A DNA stretch of 63,905 nt, counting the filler. It is 8 parts of 8 records of this genome, joined end to end, with 100 filler letters (N's around TTAATTAATTAA, not from the genome) between each part and the next. Parts side by side here need not be neighbours in the genome. Positions count along the whole stretch, not along the records: positions 1 to 8,309 come from SRR31147125_9978; positions 8,410 to 20,879 come from SRR31147125_9989; 6 more parts are not named here. One strand, written 5' to 3'. Shown here piece after piece: positions 1 through 9,437 of this stretch; position 1 is the stretch's first letter; each line of letters starts with the position of its first letter. Under the pieces are notes generated by a model. It worked only from the letters and a program-made list of their open reading frames with translations. It was not told the origin of the DNA and did not search any database. Both the position numbers and the translations under genes were made by a program.

Positions 1-870
1 CTGATTTCCAATTGTAAAGGTTTTAGAATTGAGCAGGATTTCGCTTTGATGTTTTTTTTGCCCATTGATTGTTTGTGCTCGAATTGAAGCGGACTTATTG
101 ACAATGTCCACTTGGATTCCCGACAATTCGTATTTTTCTTTAGTCTCGTCAATTACAGACGATATGGGAAAAAGTCCGAAAATAAAACCGCCTAAGGATT
201 TATCGATTTCTTTCGGATGTTTCTCGGTAAAGAAGTTTTTCCCGAAAACGGGCAGAAAGACCATGTAAACTTTTTGATTACTTTCATTACCAAAAGGCCA
301 TGTTACTTCAACGGCCCCTATCGTCCGGTGTTTAGCTGAATGGTTCAATGCCTCATATATCTCCGGCGAATTGGCGATTTCCGTACCAACCCCCAGTTTA
401 TCCTTTTCAGTCCCTTCAAGGTAATAAACAGGGTAAAAACCCTGCCTTTTTTCAACATTCTCGGAAAACTCGTTTTTTTTGTCCGCTGCCCGATACCCTT
501 CTTGGGCTATTTTTTTATAAAAAGTTTCACGTTCTTCAGGTGTTACAAAAGGGATCCAACCAAAAACCAGAATATTGTGGTGTCGCTCTAGGACCGGGCG
601 CACAAATTTCTGGAACTCGCTCCGGGTGACGAATTCCGAACCTTGAAAAAGGGCATCTACTAACTGTAAGGTATCGATATCATTTTCAATGATATCTTTT
701 ATATCTGTGCTGAGGTTGTTAGTTGTAAAGTGAAAATCACTTCTTACCTGCTGGAGTTCCTTCTCTCGAACAGTAAAGAAGACTATGGTCGTAATAATTA
801 GGCCTGAGATTCCCACCAGGAGAAGGGGAAAGGTCTTCCGAGAAAAGGGTCTCTTGTTTAATGGCTCCAT
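1..870 (-). CDS. CHASE-domain membrane sensor protein, 5' part (runs off window start)
   Basis: Manual translation from ATG 870, not in the ORF track: N-terminal TM (FPLLLVGISGLIITTIVFFTV), then CHASE-like SEFVTRSEFQKFVRPVLERHHNILVFGWIPFVTPEERETF...FYPVYYLE; open to position 1. Confidence 0.75.
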   Translation of the reverse strand, partial: MEPLNKRPFSRKTFPLLLVGISGLIITTIVFFTVREKELQQVRSDFHFTTNNLSTDIKDIIENDIDTLQLVDALFQGSEFVTRSEFQKFVRPVLERHHNILVFGWIPFVTPEERETFYKKIAQEGYRAADKKNEFSENVEKRQGFYPVYYLEGTEKDKLGVGTEIANSPEIYEALNHSAKHRTIGAVEVTWPFGNESNQKVYMVFLPVFGKNFFTEKHPKEIDKSLGGFIFGLFPISSVIDETKEKYELSGIQVDIVNKSASIRAQTINGQKKHQSEILLNSKTFTIGNQ

Positions 871-981
871 GAGAGGACTCAAAATCTGAAGTTTGCATTC
901 AGCTTACTGCAAAAACGATCTTTCCAACAGGGAATCTTTTGAACCATTAAAGAAATCTAAACAATTGGGTTGCAGGAGGCG

Positions 982-1683
982 TCAGAAGCTGCCCCGGCGC
1001 TTTTTGGAAAATTTACCAAGGATCCATCCGAAAAAGAGGACACCTGCACCAGCGAGAAACCACTTGATAACGCCTGTCCGCAGCAAGTCAGAGTTTTCTA
1101 TCTTCAATTCTTCCGCTTTGGATGCAAGTTTTTCGTTTTCGGCGGCGAGTTGATCTCGTTCCGCAATAATGTTGACGAGGTTTTCGGATTTGCTTAATAG
1201 TGATGAATAGTCTTTGTTGACTGAGTCCAGTTGCTGGCTGGCTTGACGATATTTTTCCTGAACATCAGTGAGTTGTTGGTTCAGGCCTTTTTCGCTCATC
1301 GTACTGCTATTCTGCAGGTCAGTGATTTTCTGCTGTAAATTTTTTCGCTCGGTTTCCAGCTTTTCAATCTTTGAATTTAGTGTGCCCACTTCTCTTTCCA
1401 GATTGGCGATGACTACAGGTTTGGGTGTTTTCATGGAGACGTATTGCCTCAATACATAACCCTCGTCGCCTTTCCGGGTGCGTACCCGGAAATAGGTATC
1501 CCCTTTTTCCAGTATCTCCATAGGGGTTCCTGTTTTCAAGGTGCGTAGAATTTTGTATTGATTTCCCATCCCCTGGCGGAGAGTGATGATCAGTTCATCG
1601 GCAACATAACCGGTCTCGCCATAAGCCGGGAGGCAGAACAAAAAAACGAGGATGAGAATCGAAAGTGAGAACCGTATAAACAT
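982..1683 (-). CDS. SH3-domain protein (TIGR04211/YgiM-like) with coiled coil and C-terminal membrane anchor
   Basis: Signal peptide, YVADELIITLRQGMGNQYKILRTL SH3b pattern, coiled coil, KWFLAGAGVLFFGWILG TM, basic tail. Confidence 0.85.
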   Translation of the reverse strand: MFIRFSLSILILVFLFCLPAYGETGYVADELIITLRQGMGNQYKILRTLKTGTPMEILEKGDTYFRVRTRKGDEGYVLRQYVSMKTPKPVVIANLEREVGTLNSKIEKLETERKNLQQKITDLQNSSTMSEKGLNQQLTDVQEKYRQASQQLDSVNKDYSSLLSKSENLVNIIAERDQLAAENEKLASKAEELKIENSDLLRTGVIKWFLAGAGVLFFGWILGKFSKKRRGSF

Positions 1684-1928
1684 AAAATCCCTCCAAAAGG
1701 AGAAAACGGGTAGACAGGCCAGAAAATGAGGAAAATTATGAACCAGTGCCGAGAATCATTGAATCGGGAACGCTATTCAAACGGTACCAGCATGTGGAGA
1801 GCTTAGCATAAGGCGGGACATTAGAGAATAAAAATCGATTATTAAAATGTTTTCCTAAGGATTGTCTGATGATCCCAGTGTGATTCCCAGAAAATCAAAT
1901 ACTTAAGCAACAGCGAGGTTTAGCTGGA

Positions 1929-2153
1929 TTACCCTCGATTTTCCGGGAAATCTTCAAGAAAGCGGTCCATGAAAAGATCATCTTCACTACTGTTATGGCC
2001 GGACATAACAAGGCTGAGGGCAATCCCACCCATAAAAAGAAGCGAGACAATCCCAACACCAAGTTTTGCGCCAAAATAGGTGACAATCTGGTATCCCAGC
2101 AAAATTCCAACAAAAATACTGATAAAAACCAGAAGTTTCCCAAAATTATTCAT
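1929..2153 (-). CDS. Small two-TM hypothetical membrane protein
   Basis: 74 aa with two hydrophobic helices; AAGGGGGTG RBS upstream. Confidence 0.55.
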   Translation of the reverse strand: MNNFGKLLVFISIFVGILLGYQIVTYFGAKLGVGIVSLLFMGGIALSLVMSGHNSSEDDLFMDRFLEDFPENRG

Positions 2154-2191
2154 TTTTTCACCCCTTTTTAGAAAAATAATAAGTTGGAATA

Positions 2192-2688
2192 TCAGGGTCG
2201 GTTGAAAAATGCAAAACGATCAACAAGTGTTTTTTTGTATTCCGATAGTTCTATTTCTGCTTCGATTCTGTAGGTACCCGGATCTGTGCAGTATATGCCG
2301 GCGGCATAGCCACCTTGTAGCGGGAACCCTCCTGCTTCAAGAATATCCTTTTGAGGACCCACTATTTTATATGTAACCTTAGCATCAATAATTTCGTTTC
2401 CCAACGAGTCGGTTATGAAAAGAACCAGTTGCGGTTTTTGCGACCCTCCAAGGCGATCCTCCTGGTTTTGCTCGGCCAGTTGATAGGGGATATTCCTATA
2501 AAAGGAGAAGGGACCTTCCGTATTTACAAGCTGATAGGAAAACTCATAACCTTTTACCTGGCTTTCATGTATTGCTTTGGGTGCTTCAGCTTTTTTTCCG
2601 GAACATCTTTTCCATAACCAACTTGCCCTGCATAAACAACTATTGCCATAAATGCGCCAAGTACACAGATAGTTAAAGCACGGATCAT
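2192..2688 (-). CDS. Exported YtkA/FixH-like Ig-fold protein, frameshifted at T7 2591-2597
   Basis: ATG 2688 gives signal peptide MIRALTICVLGAFMAIVVYAG; one extra A in the A7 run joins it to the ORF-track frame KAEAPKAIHESQVKGY...LVLFITDSLGNEIIDAKVTYKIVGP...PGTYRIEAE. Confidence 0.6.
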
Positions 2689-2827
2689 ATCGTCTTCTTA
2701 ACCTATTGCAAAAAGGACAGGAAGGATTGTCAGAGTAGCATCCCACGCTTTGAGATGCTTACTTCTTTAATATTCACTATGGTTTACCGCTCGAAGTCCG
2801 ATCTTTTATTTACTGCGCAACAACCTT

Positions 2828-2843
2828 AGCAAACTGTGTACCT
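2828..2843 (-). promoter_or_regulatory. sigma54 (-24/-12) promoter
   Basis: Minus strand AGGTACACAGTTTGCT = GG-N10-GC with TTGC; lies downstream of a sigma54 activator gene. Confidence 0.7.
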
Positions 2844-2935
2844 TTTTTTAAAAAAATAAATTTGTAGTAAATTAAATAGAAAAAACGCCTCTGAGTTTTT
2901 CTGAGCGCACTTTTTTTAAAGAAAAAAGGCCTTTT

Positions 2936-2953
2936 TGTCTCAAAAAGCAGACA
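2936..2953. promoter_or_regulatory. GlrR/QseF-type activator binding site 1
   Basis: TGTC-TCAAAAAGCA-GACA, exact TGTC-N10-GACA. Confidence 0.7.
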
Positions 2954-3000
2954 CTCGGAGGGGTGTGAAAAACTTCCTTAAATTTAACAGACGATTGTGG

Positions 3001-3018
3001 TGTCTCAAAAAAGAGACA
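3001..3018. promoter_or_regulatory. GlrR/QseF-type activator binding site 2
   Basis: TGTC-TCAAAAAAGA-GACA, exact TGTC-N10-GACA, near-identical to site 1. Confidence 0.7.
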
Positions 3019-3117
3019 GTCGCAGATTCTTTTCTTCAAATAACTGAAAATAAATATTTTTCTATTTTTCAGGCAAAAAACAGATCTTTTGTCCATTAAG
3101 AACTTGAGCAATTCTTT

Positions 3118-4548
3118 CTAAGGCAGTCCATGTTCTTTAGTGCCGCCGGCGTCTTCCTGATTTTTAAAAAGGCTCGGAACAATATGGTGGCGATTTAACA
3201 GCTTATAAAATTCCGTCCTGTTTCGTCCCGCCAGCCGTGCTGCATGGGTGACCTTTCCGTTGGTGATTTTTAGCAGGCGCACCAGATATTCCTGTTCGAA
3301 TTTTTTGCGGGCCTCACTAAAAGTCGGGATTTTCTCAGAATTCTGCTCCAGCGCATTATTTACCAGGTCCGCTGAAATTACAGGCGTTGTCGCCAGGGCA
3401 ACAGCCTGCTCCACAACATTTAACAACTGTCTGATATTTCCGGGCCAAGGTGCATGGAGCAGGATTTCCATCGCCTCGGGAGAAAAGCTGGTGACCTGTT
3501 TTTCGGTCTTTCTTTCCATCTTCTGAAGAAAGTAATTGGCCAGCAATGGAATATCTTCTCGCCGTTCCGACAAGTTTGGAAGGGTAAATGATACAACGTT
3601 CAAACGGTAATAAAGATCTTCCCTGAAGTTGCCGTTTTCAATCTCTTTTTCAATAATCCGGTGGGTCGCCGAAATAATTCGGACATCAACATGAATGGGA
3701 GCTGTGGAGCCGACTGGACGAATCTGCCTTTCCTGAAGCACTCTTAACAGCTTGACCTGCAGCTGGGTCGGCATATCCGCAATTTCATCCAAAAACAGAG
3801 TGCCCCCATGGGCTGATTTAAAAAGTCCTGGGTAGTTGTGCAGAGCCCCGGTAAATGAACCTTTTGTGTGACCGAAGAGCTCAGATTCCAGGAGGGACTC
3901 AGGTATGGCCCCACAGTTTACCGCTACAAATGGTTGCTTGGCCCGGGCGCTGGCGCGATGTATGGCTCTCGCAAAAACCTCTTTTCCCGTGCCGCTTTCA
4001 CCGCGAAGCAGAACGCTTGAGCCGCTCTGAGCCGCAAGGTATGCCTTGCTTAGCAGGTCTTCCACAAGCGGACAACGGGTAATGACATCCTGACGCCATT
4101 CCCCGTCGCCATCCTTTGTTTCTCCTTGCATGCCGCTGTAATCAAGAGCCTTTTCAATATCCCGCAAGAGGGCCTTGCTGTTCAGGGGCTTGGTCAGGAA
4201 GGAGGAAACCCCTCTTTTCGTAGCTGCGACGGCATCAGGAATAGATCCGTGAGCCGTGAGAATTATCACTGGAACCGAGGAATTTATCCCGCGAATAGTA
4301 TCGAACAGGGCCATTCCATCCATGCCTTCCATGCGCAAATCCGTGAGAACCAAGTGCGGACGGAAAAGTGAAAACAAGGCCATGGCCTCTTCTCCACTTG
4401 CGGCCACACAGACCTCGTAGCCGGCGCCGTTCAGGCGGATGGAAAGAAGGCTCAACAGGTCAGTATCGTCATCAACCAGAAGAATGCGCGGGCGCGGTTC
4501 TTTTATGTTGCTGCTGTCACTCATTTTCTTTATTGGTTTCTCGCTCAT
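3118..4548 (-). CDS. glrR: sigma54-dependent response regulator, GlrR/QseF family
   Basis: REC (DLRMEGMDG), GESGTGKE, GSFTGA, FLDEIAD, WPGNIRQL, C-terminal AARLAGRNRTEFYKLLNRH typical of GlrR. Confidence 0.88.
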   Translation of the reverse strand: MSEKPIKKMSDSSNIKEPRPRILLVDDDTDLLSLLSIRLNGAGYEVCVAASGEEAMALFSLFRPHLVLTDLRMEGMDGMALFDTIRGINSSVPVIILTAHGSIPDAVAATKRGVSSFLTKPLNSKALLRDIEKALDYSGMQGETKDGDGEWRQDVITRCPLVEDLLSKAYLAAQSGSSVLLRGESGTGKEVFARAIHRASARAKQPFVAVNCGAIPESLLESELFGHTKGSFTGALHNYPGLFKSAHGGTLFLDEIADMPTQLQVKLLRVLQERQIRPVGSTAPIHVDVRIISATHRIIEKEIENGNFREDLYYRLNVVSFTLPNLSERREDIPLLANYFLQKMERKTEKQVTSFSPEAMEILLHAPWPGNIRQLLNVVEQAVALATTPVISADLVNNALEQNSEKIPTFSEARKKFEQEYLVRLLKITNGKVTHAARLAGRNRTEFYKLLNRHHIVPSLFKNQEDAGGTKEHGLP

Positions 4549-5068
4549 GAATTATTTTCTCTATATTTTTCAATTCTTTCAATTGATGTGCCAACTTGTC
4601 CGACTGCTCTTTTTCATCCGCCAGGGATTTGCGAAGGAAATTAATCTCATTCCTCTGCTTCATAAGTAATTCCAGAAGGCCGACCACTCCTTTCAACTCA
4701 AAATCATCCTCATACTGCTCTGTCTCCAGATCCTCTTTCAATTCAGAGATCAAAGCTGTTCCCTTTTGGCAATGGCCTGTCAGGATTGCCAGAAATACCG
4801 TTTCCAGGCGCCGGAAAATATCCGGTTGTTTTTCAAGTCTCTCCAGGGCTTTCTCGTATTCTTGCCCACGTTCTTCCTGGGGAAGTTTTTTCAGGTGATA
4901 AAAACGGGAAAATAACGATTCGGCCGGGGCATCTTCTTCGTAAACAGCTTCCCATTTATCGCCGGAGCCGTTCTTCTCGCCATAGTGTGATCCGGGAAGA
5001 CACCCGGAAATAGTAACCGCCAGGAAAAGTAAAAGCACTGAAACCCATGTTGTTTTTTTTATTTTCAT
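4517..5068 (-). CDS. Lipoprotein, positional QseG analogue
   Basis: Lipobox ISGC; helical with C-terminal coiled coil QLKELKNIEKIIHER; lies between kinase and regulator. Confidence 0.65.
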   Translation of the reverse strand: MKIKKTTWVSVLLLFLAVTISGCLPGSHYGEKNGSGDKWEAVYEEDAPAESLFSRFYHLKKLPQEERGQEYEKALERLEKQPDIFRRLETVFLAILTGHCQKGTALISELKEDLETEQYEDDFELKGVVGLLELLMKQRNEINFLRKSLADEKEQSDKLAHQLKELKNIEKIIHERETNKENE

Positions 5069-6509
5069 ACCTTCTCTTCCTCAATGATCAGGGGTAGGGA
5101 AACCTGGAAACACGCTCCACCTGACTGGCTGTTTTTTATAATGATAAGTCCTCCTTGTTCTAACACATATTCCTTCGTAATGGACAGACCCAGTCCCGTC
5201 CCTTTAATCATTCCATTCAATGGGGCTGCCCCTTGATAGAAAGGTTGAAAAATTTTTCCCCGTTCCGCCTCGGGAATGCCCGGGCCTGAATCCGCCACTT
5301 CAAAAACTCCCATTTTCCCCTCAAGGAAAGAGCGAATAATAATACGGCCGCTAAAAGGAGTATATTTTACTGCATTTGAAATAAGATTATCCACTATTAC
5401 TCGAATTTTGTCCTGTTCGCCCAGTAGTTCCACCTTTTTTAAGTTGGACTCAATATGGATCTCTTTCTTCAAGATTGCGGGGAGCTGGTCTTCCAGGACC
5501 TCCTCTACAACATCTTCCAAGTCTACTTTGGAAAAAAACATTTGAGATAATTTAATCTGATCCGTACTAAAGCCCAGCAGGTTTTCGATAAGTTTTTGCA
5601 GTTGAATGCTGTTTTTGCAGAGTATCTTGGAAACTTCTCTCTGCTGATCGTTAAGATGACCGACAAGTTCATCATTCAAAAGCTCAGCTCCCTCACGTAC
5701 AGAAGCCAGTGGCGTCTTGAGTTCATGGGATACTTGAGCCAGGAATTTACTCTTCTCTTTTTCAACATCACCCAGTCTTTCTCTCAGCCAGTCCAGACGT
5801 CCTCCCAATGCTTCGAGGTCCTTGGGGCCTTTCACCGAAACCGGGGTTGTATAATCCCCCTCACCAAGACGGCGAATTCCTTTATCCATCTCCCGGATTG
5901 GTCTCAATATGAGCCGGGCAAAAACCATCATGGACAGGATGGTCAAAAGAATAAAAACTACGGCTTGAATAATAAGATCCCCTTGTTTTTTTTCAGAGGC
6001 TTCCTGCATGGTATTTATTTCGCGGAGGATCAGGTCCTGACTGTCGGAATTGATTTTCCCGGCAAGCTGATTCAATTGGGCGAACTCCCCGAGAGATGCT
6101 TCCAGCGCCTGTTTTTCCTGAGGATCGCTTTGTAGAACATCAAGAATGCTATTCGCTCCGTTCATAATTGCCTGTAAAGCTTTTTTTGCTCCTGGTCTCC
6201 AAGAAGGCTGTCCAGAACATCTAATGTATTCACAAGTTCCGCGTGTTTTTCAGATAGGGTCTCCAGCATCTGCAAGTCTTTCAGAACCTGGAACTGACGC
6301 GCCATCCTTTCCATGGTCAGAACCTGTTCCACCAGATTGCCGCTTTCCTGTGTTACGGTCACCGAATTTCTGACCGCTTTTGTTCCTTGGCGGGCCAGGC
6401 GGGTCATGGAAATTTCAGCGTTGACCAGAACTACGATCAGCGGCAGTGCAATAACGGTAAAACCAATCAGGATCAGGTAACGAAAAGATTTGGGCCAGAA
6501 CAAGCGCAT
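5065..6509 (-). CDS. glrK: Sensor histidine kinase GlrK/QseE family, frameshifted at T7 6181-6187
   Basis: MRLFWPKSFRYLILIGF N-terminus; one extra A gives EQKKALQAIMNG, joining to HAMP, SHELKTPLASVREG and HATPase. Confidence 0.8.
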
Positions 6510-6513
6510 TTTT

Positions 6514-7884
6514 TTATTTTTCAGAAGAAACCTTCTGCTCCCGTGTGGAACCGGCAGGGATGGGCCAATCGTTTTCATAGCCCCGGGGGAAAAAGTTTTC
6601 CCGGGTCCGGTTGAAATAGCCGTATTGAATGCGAGGCACTTTTCTTTTGACATGCTCCAGCATCTTTTTCATGCCCATCCCCTCGTCCCCAAGGGATATT
6701 TCCCGGATATACTGAACGGGATCGATGCTCAGATTTCGCATCTGGATCATATCCAGCCCGGTTTCCTCAATGAGATGGATCAGGCTGTCTACCTCCGCCG
6801 GGTGGTCGTTGAGGCCGGGAAAAACTAAATAATTCAACATGGTGTAGAGATTATGTTTTTTTGCTCTGGCGATGGCCTCGATGACATCATTAAATGAGAA
6901 GTGCAGCGGTCGGTAATAAGCTTGATAATACTTCTCCTGAACAGAATTCAGGGAAATGCGGATAGATTCGATACCTGCTTCGGCCAACTTGTCCACCGCT
7001 TCCGGAATGGAGCCGTTTGTGTTGAAATTTATGGTTCCCCGTGATGTCTGACGGCGCATGGCCCTGACCGCGGCACAGATCTGATCAGCTTGCAGAATAG
7101 GCTCTCCTTCGCATCCCTGGCCAAATGAAACAATAGCATTTTCCGCCTTTTTCAGGTGGGGGACGGCAACCTCACAAAGCTCTTCCACCGTCGGAACAAA
7201 AGTGATACGCTCCTGACTGGCGGGACAGCAGTCCGACTCCTGCAGGGAAATGCAACCAAGGCAACGGGCGTTACAAACCGGTGACGTCGGCAAGGGTGCC
7301 TCCCAACGTTGTAGGAAAAGGTTCTTGGCCGCGAAACAATGGTAATCAAGAGCGCATCTCCCCAGCTGCACCAGAAGACGGTTGCTCGGATACTCTTTTA
7401 AAACGCTTCTCACCCTGGGTTCAATGACGCGGTCATCGAAATTGTCGGGATTCCATTGGTCGCTACCATCCACACGCACGGCAGCGGCATAAAAACGCTC
7501 CTCTTCCACGCACCAGCCGACCGCGCTATAAGCCCAGAGGGGAAAATTGCTGCTGCGGACGGCGCAATTCATTGCCGGCAGCAGGGTTCTCATGTAGGCC
7601 GGTGCCGGGAAGGCTGACACCGCCTGTATCTTGTCGCCGCCAAATCGGCGGGGCAGTCGATCGACGGTTTTTAAACCGCGGGTTTTTCGGTCAAAGCCGA
7701 TCGGGGCGGTTTTCGGAAGTGTAAAAAGGCGACTTCCCTCAGGAAGAGGGATCATTTCATCAGGGTGTGGCAGGCGAACTTTCGAGCCATTCATCCCGAC
7801 CATAAGAAGATCCGGATGCTCAAAAATTTCTCCCGTTGAGTTAGCCACAACAGTCAATATCGTCTTGTTTTCCGGCATGACCAC
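6514..7884 (-). CDS. Radical SAM protein
   Basis: CNARCLGC CxxxCxxC, SFGQGCEGEP, NTNGS. Confidence 0.85.
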   Translation of the reverse strand: MVMPENKTILTVVANSTGEIFEHPDLLMVGMNGSKVRLPHPDEMIPLPEGSRLFTLPKTAPIGFDRKTRGLKTVDRLPRRFGGDKIQAVSAFPAPAYMRTLLPAMNCAVRSSNFPLWAYSAVGWCVEEERFYAAAVRVDGSDQWNPDNFDDRVIEPRVRSVLKEYPSNRLLVQLGRCALDYHCFAAKNLFLQRWEAPLPTSPVCNARCLGCISLQESDCCPASQERITFVPTVEELCEVAVPHLKKAENAIVSFGQGCEGEPILQADQICAAVRAMRRQTSRGTINFNTNGSIPEAVDKLAEAGIESIRISLNSVQEKYYQAYYRPLHFSFNDVIEAIARAKKHNLYTMLNYLVFPGLNDHPAEVDSLIHLIEETGLDMIQMRNLSIDPVQYIREISLGDEGMGMKKMLEHVKRKVPRIQYGYFNRTRENFFPRGYENDWPIPAGSTREQKVSSEK

Positions 7885-8013
7885 TCGAATTTATCAATTG
7901 CTTAATTGCAAATAAAACATAACATATTCCGATTATTTAAACAATCAGGAGCACCTGATTGCAGGCGCAGAATCAAGGCCGTTTTTAAGCTTACGAAACC
8001 GTAATCTTTCCCT

Positions 8014-8309
8014 ATGCAAATAATTCTGACAACCCTTCACAGCAAGTTCATTCACTCTTGTCTTGCCTTGTCCTGTCTGGCGTCCTATTGCGGAGACCTC
8101 CCGGACTGCGAATTTATCATCCAGGAATATACGGTCCATGAGCCCAAGGAGACCATCCTGGCAACTATTCTCGCCTCGAACCCCGATGTGGTGGCTTTTT
8201 CAGTCTATATCTGGAACCGACGAGCTGTTTTGGAACTGGCCGATGCCCTGGCCGTGGCCGAACCGGGCATGGTCATCATCCTGGGTGGTCCGGAAATTTC
8301 CTTCGAGGG
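8014..8309 (+). CDS. B12-binding radical SAM protein, 5' fragment
   Basis: HSKFIHSCLAL...PDVVAFSVYIWN...IILGGPEISF; cut by linker. Confidence 0.8.
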
Positions 8310-8409
8310 NNNNNNNNNNNNNNNNNNNNNNNNNNNNNNNNNNNNNNNNNNNNTTAATTAATTAANNNNNNNNNNNNNNNNNNNNNNNNNNNNNNNNNNN
8401 NNNNNNNNN
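8310..8409. other. Artificial contig linker
   Basis: N-run, TTAATTAATTAA, N-run. Confidence 0.99.
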
Positions 8410-8544
8410 TTGATGTATGGAACCAGCCGCAACTTCCTTGAGCTTTTTGGATTGCATAGCTTGAGTGATTTGCCGACTCTCAAAGAGTTTTCTTCTCTGG
8501 ACCCCGAGCTTGTTGAAGCTCACCCTCTCACGCCAGAAGAATAG
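8410..8544 (+). CDS. scpB: Segregation/condensation protein B, 3' end
   Basis: LMYGTSRNFLELFGLHSLSDLPTLKE; upstream of rluB. Confidence 0.85.
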   Translation: MMYGTSRNFLELFGLHSLSDLPTLKEFSSLDPELVEAHPLTPEE

Positions 8545-8557
8545 TGAATCGCGGGTT

Positions 8558-9271
8558 ATGAAAGAAAGACTTCAAAAGCTGATTTCTCAGGCCGGGCTTG
8601 CTTCACGTAGAAAGGCCGAGCAGTGGATCGAAGAAGGGCGGGTCGAGCTCAACGGTCATCCGGCCGCTCTAGGTGATAAGGCTGACCTGGCAAAGGATGA
8701 TATCTTTGTCGATGGGAAACCTCTCAGTAGGGCTGAAGCCAAAATTACGGTCCTTTTGAATAAACCGCGAGGTTGTGTTTCGACTGTGAAGGATCCTCAA
8801 GGGCGTAAACTGGTCACAGATTTGATCAAGGATGTCTCCCAGCGACTTTTTCCTGTCGGGCGACTCGATTACAACACGGAAGGATTGCTGCTGCTTACGA
8901 ACGATGGTGAACTGTCGCAGTTGATGACCCATCCTAAATATCATGTTGAAAAAACGTATCTGGTGAAGGTTCGTGGCCCGGTTGCAGAGTCGATCAAGCG
9001 GCAGCTTGAAGAAGGTATCATGCTTGATGATGGGATGACGGCACCGGCAAAAGTCAATCATGTCAGGCCCTCCGGTCACAACAGCTGGTTCGAATTGAGT
9101 ATCCGGGAAGGTAAAAACAGGCAGGTCAGGAGGATGTGTGAAAAAGTCAACTTGCCCGTTGTTCGCCTTAAGAGGATTAAGCTCGGTTTCCTCTCTTTGG
9201 GAACTCTGCGTTCGGGTGAGTATCGGGTCCTGACTCTCCCTGAGATTAAAAAGTTAAAAAATATTATATAA
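8558..9271 (+). CDS. rluB: rRNA pseudouridine synthase RluB family
   Basis: MKERLQKLISQAGLASRRKAE S4 domain, PVGRLDYNTEGLLLLTNDG, EGKNRQVRRM. Confidence 0.9.
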   Translation: MKERLQKLISQAGLASRRKAEQWIEEGRVELNGHPAALGDKADLAKDDIFVDGKPLSRAEAKITVLLNKPRGCVSTVKDPQGRKLVTDLIKDVSQRLFPVGRLDYNTEGLLLLTNDGELSQLMTHPKYHVEKTYLVKVRGPVAESIKRQLEEGIMLDDGMTAPAKVNHVRPSGHNSWFELSIREGKNRQVRRMCEKVNLPVVRLKRIKLGFLSLGTLRSGEYRVLTLPEIKKLKNII

Positions 9272-9437
9272 ATATTGATTTATTAGATAAAATTCTTTAA
9301 AACTGTGATAATGTTGGTTGAAATAGAATGCATGTTTTCATGAAAGGCGAATTATGACCACTCTTGACAGAATTAAACGTCAATGCTTCACTACTGTCAT
9401 GTGTCATAATGATTCAATTATTGTTTAGGGGATATCC

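Noticed and set aside
2192-2746. Cys-rich N-terminus of the ORF-track 184-aa protein as a metal-binding domain
   Set aside because: It is an off-frame translation of the leader and signal peptide; the likely true start is ATG 2688.
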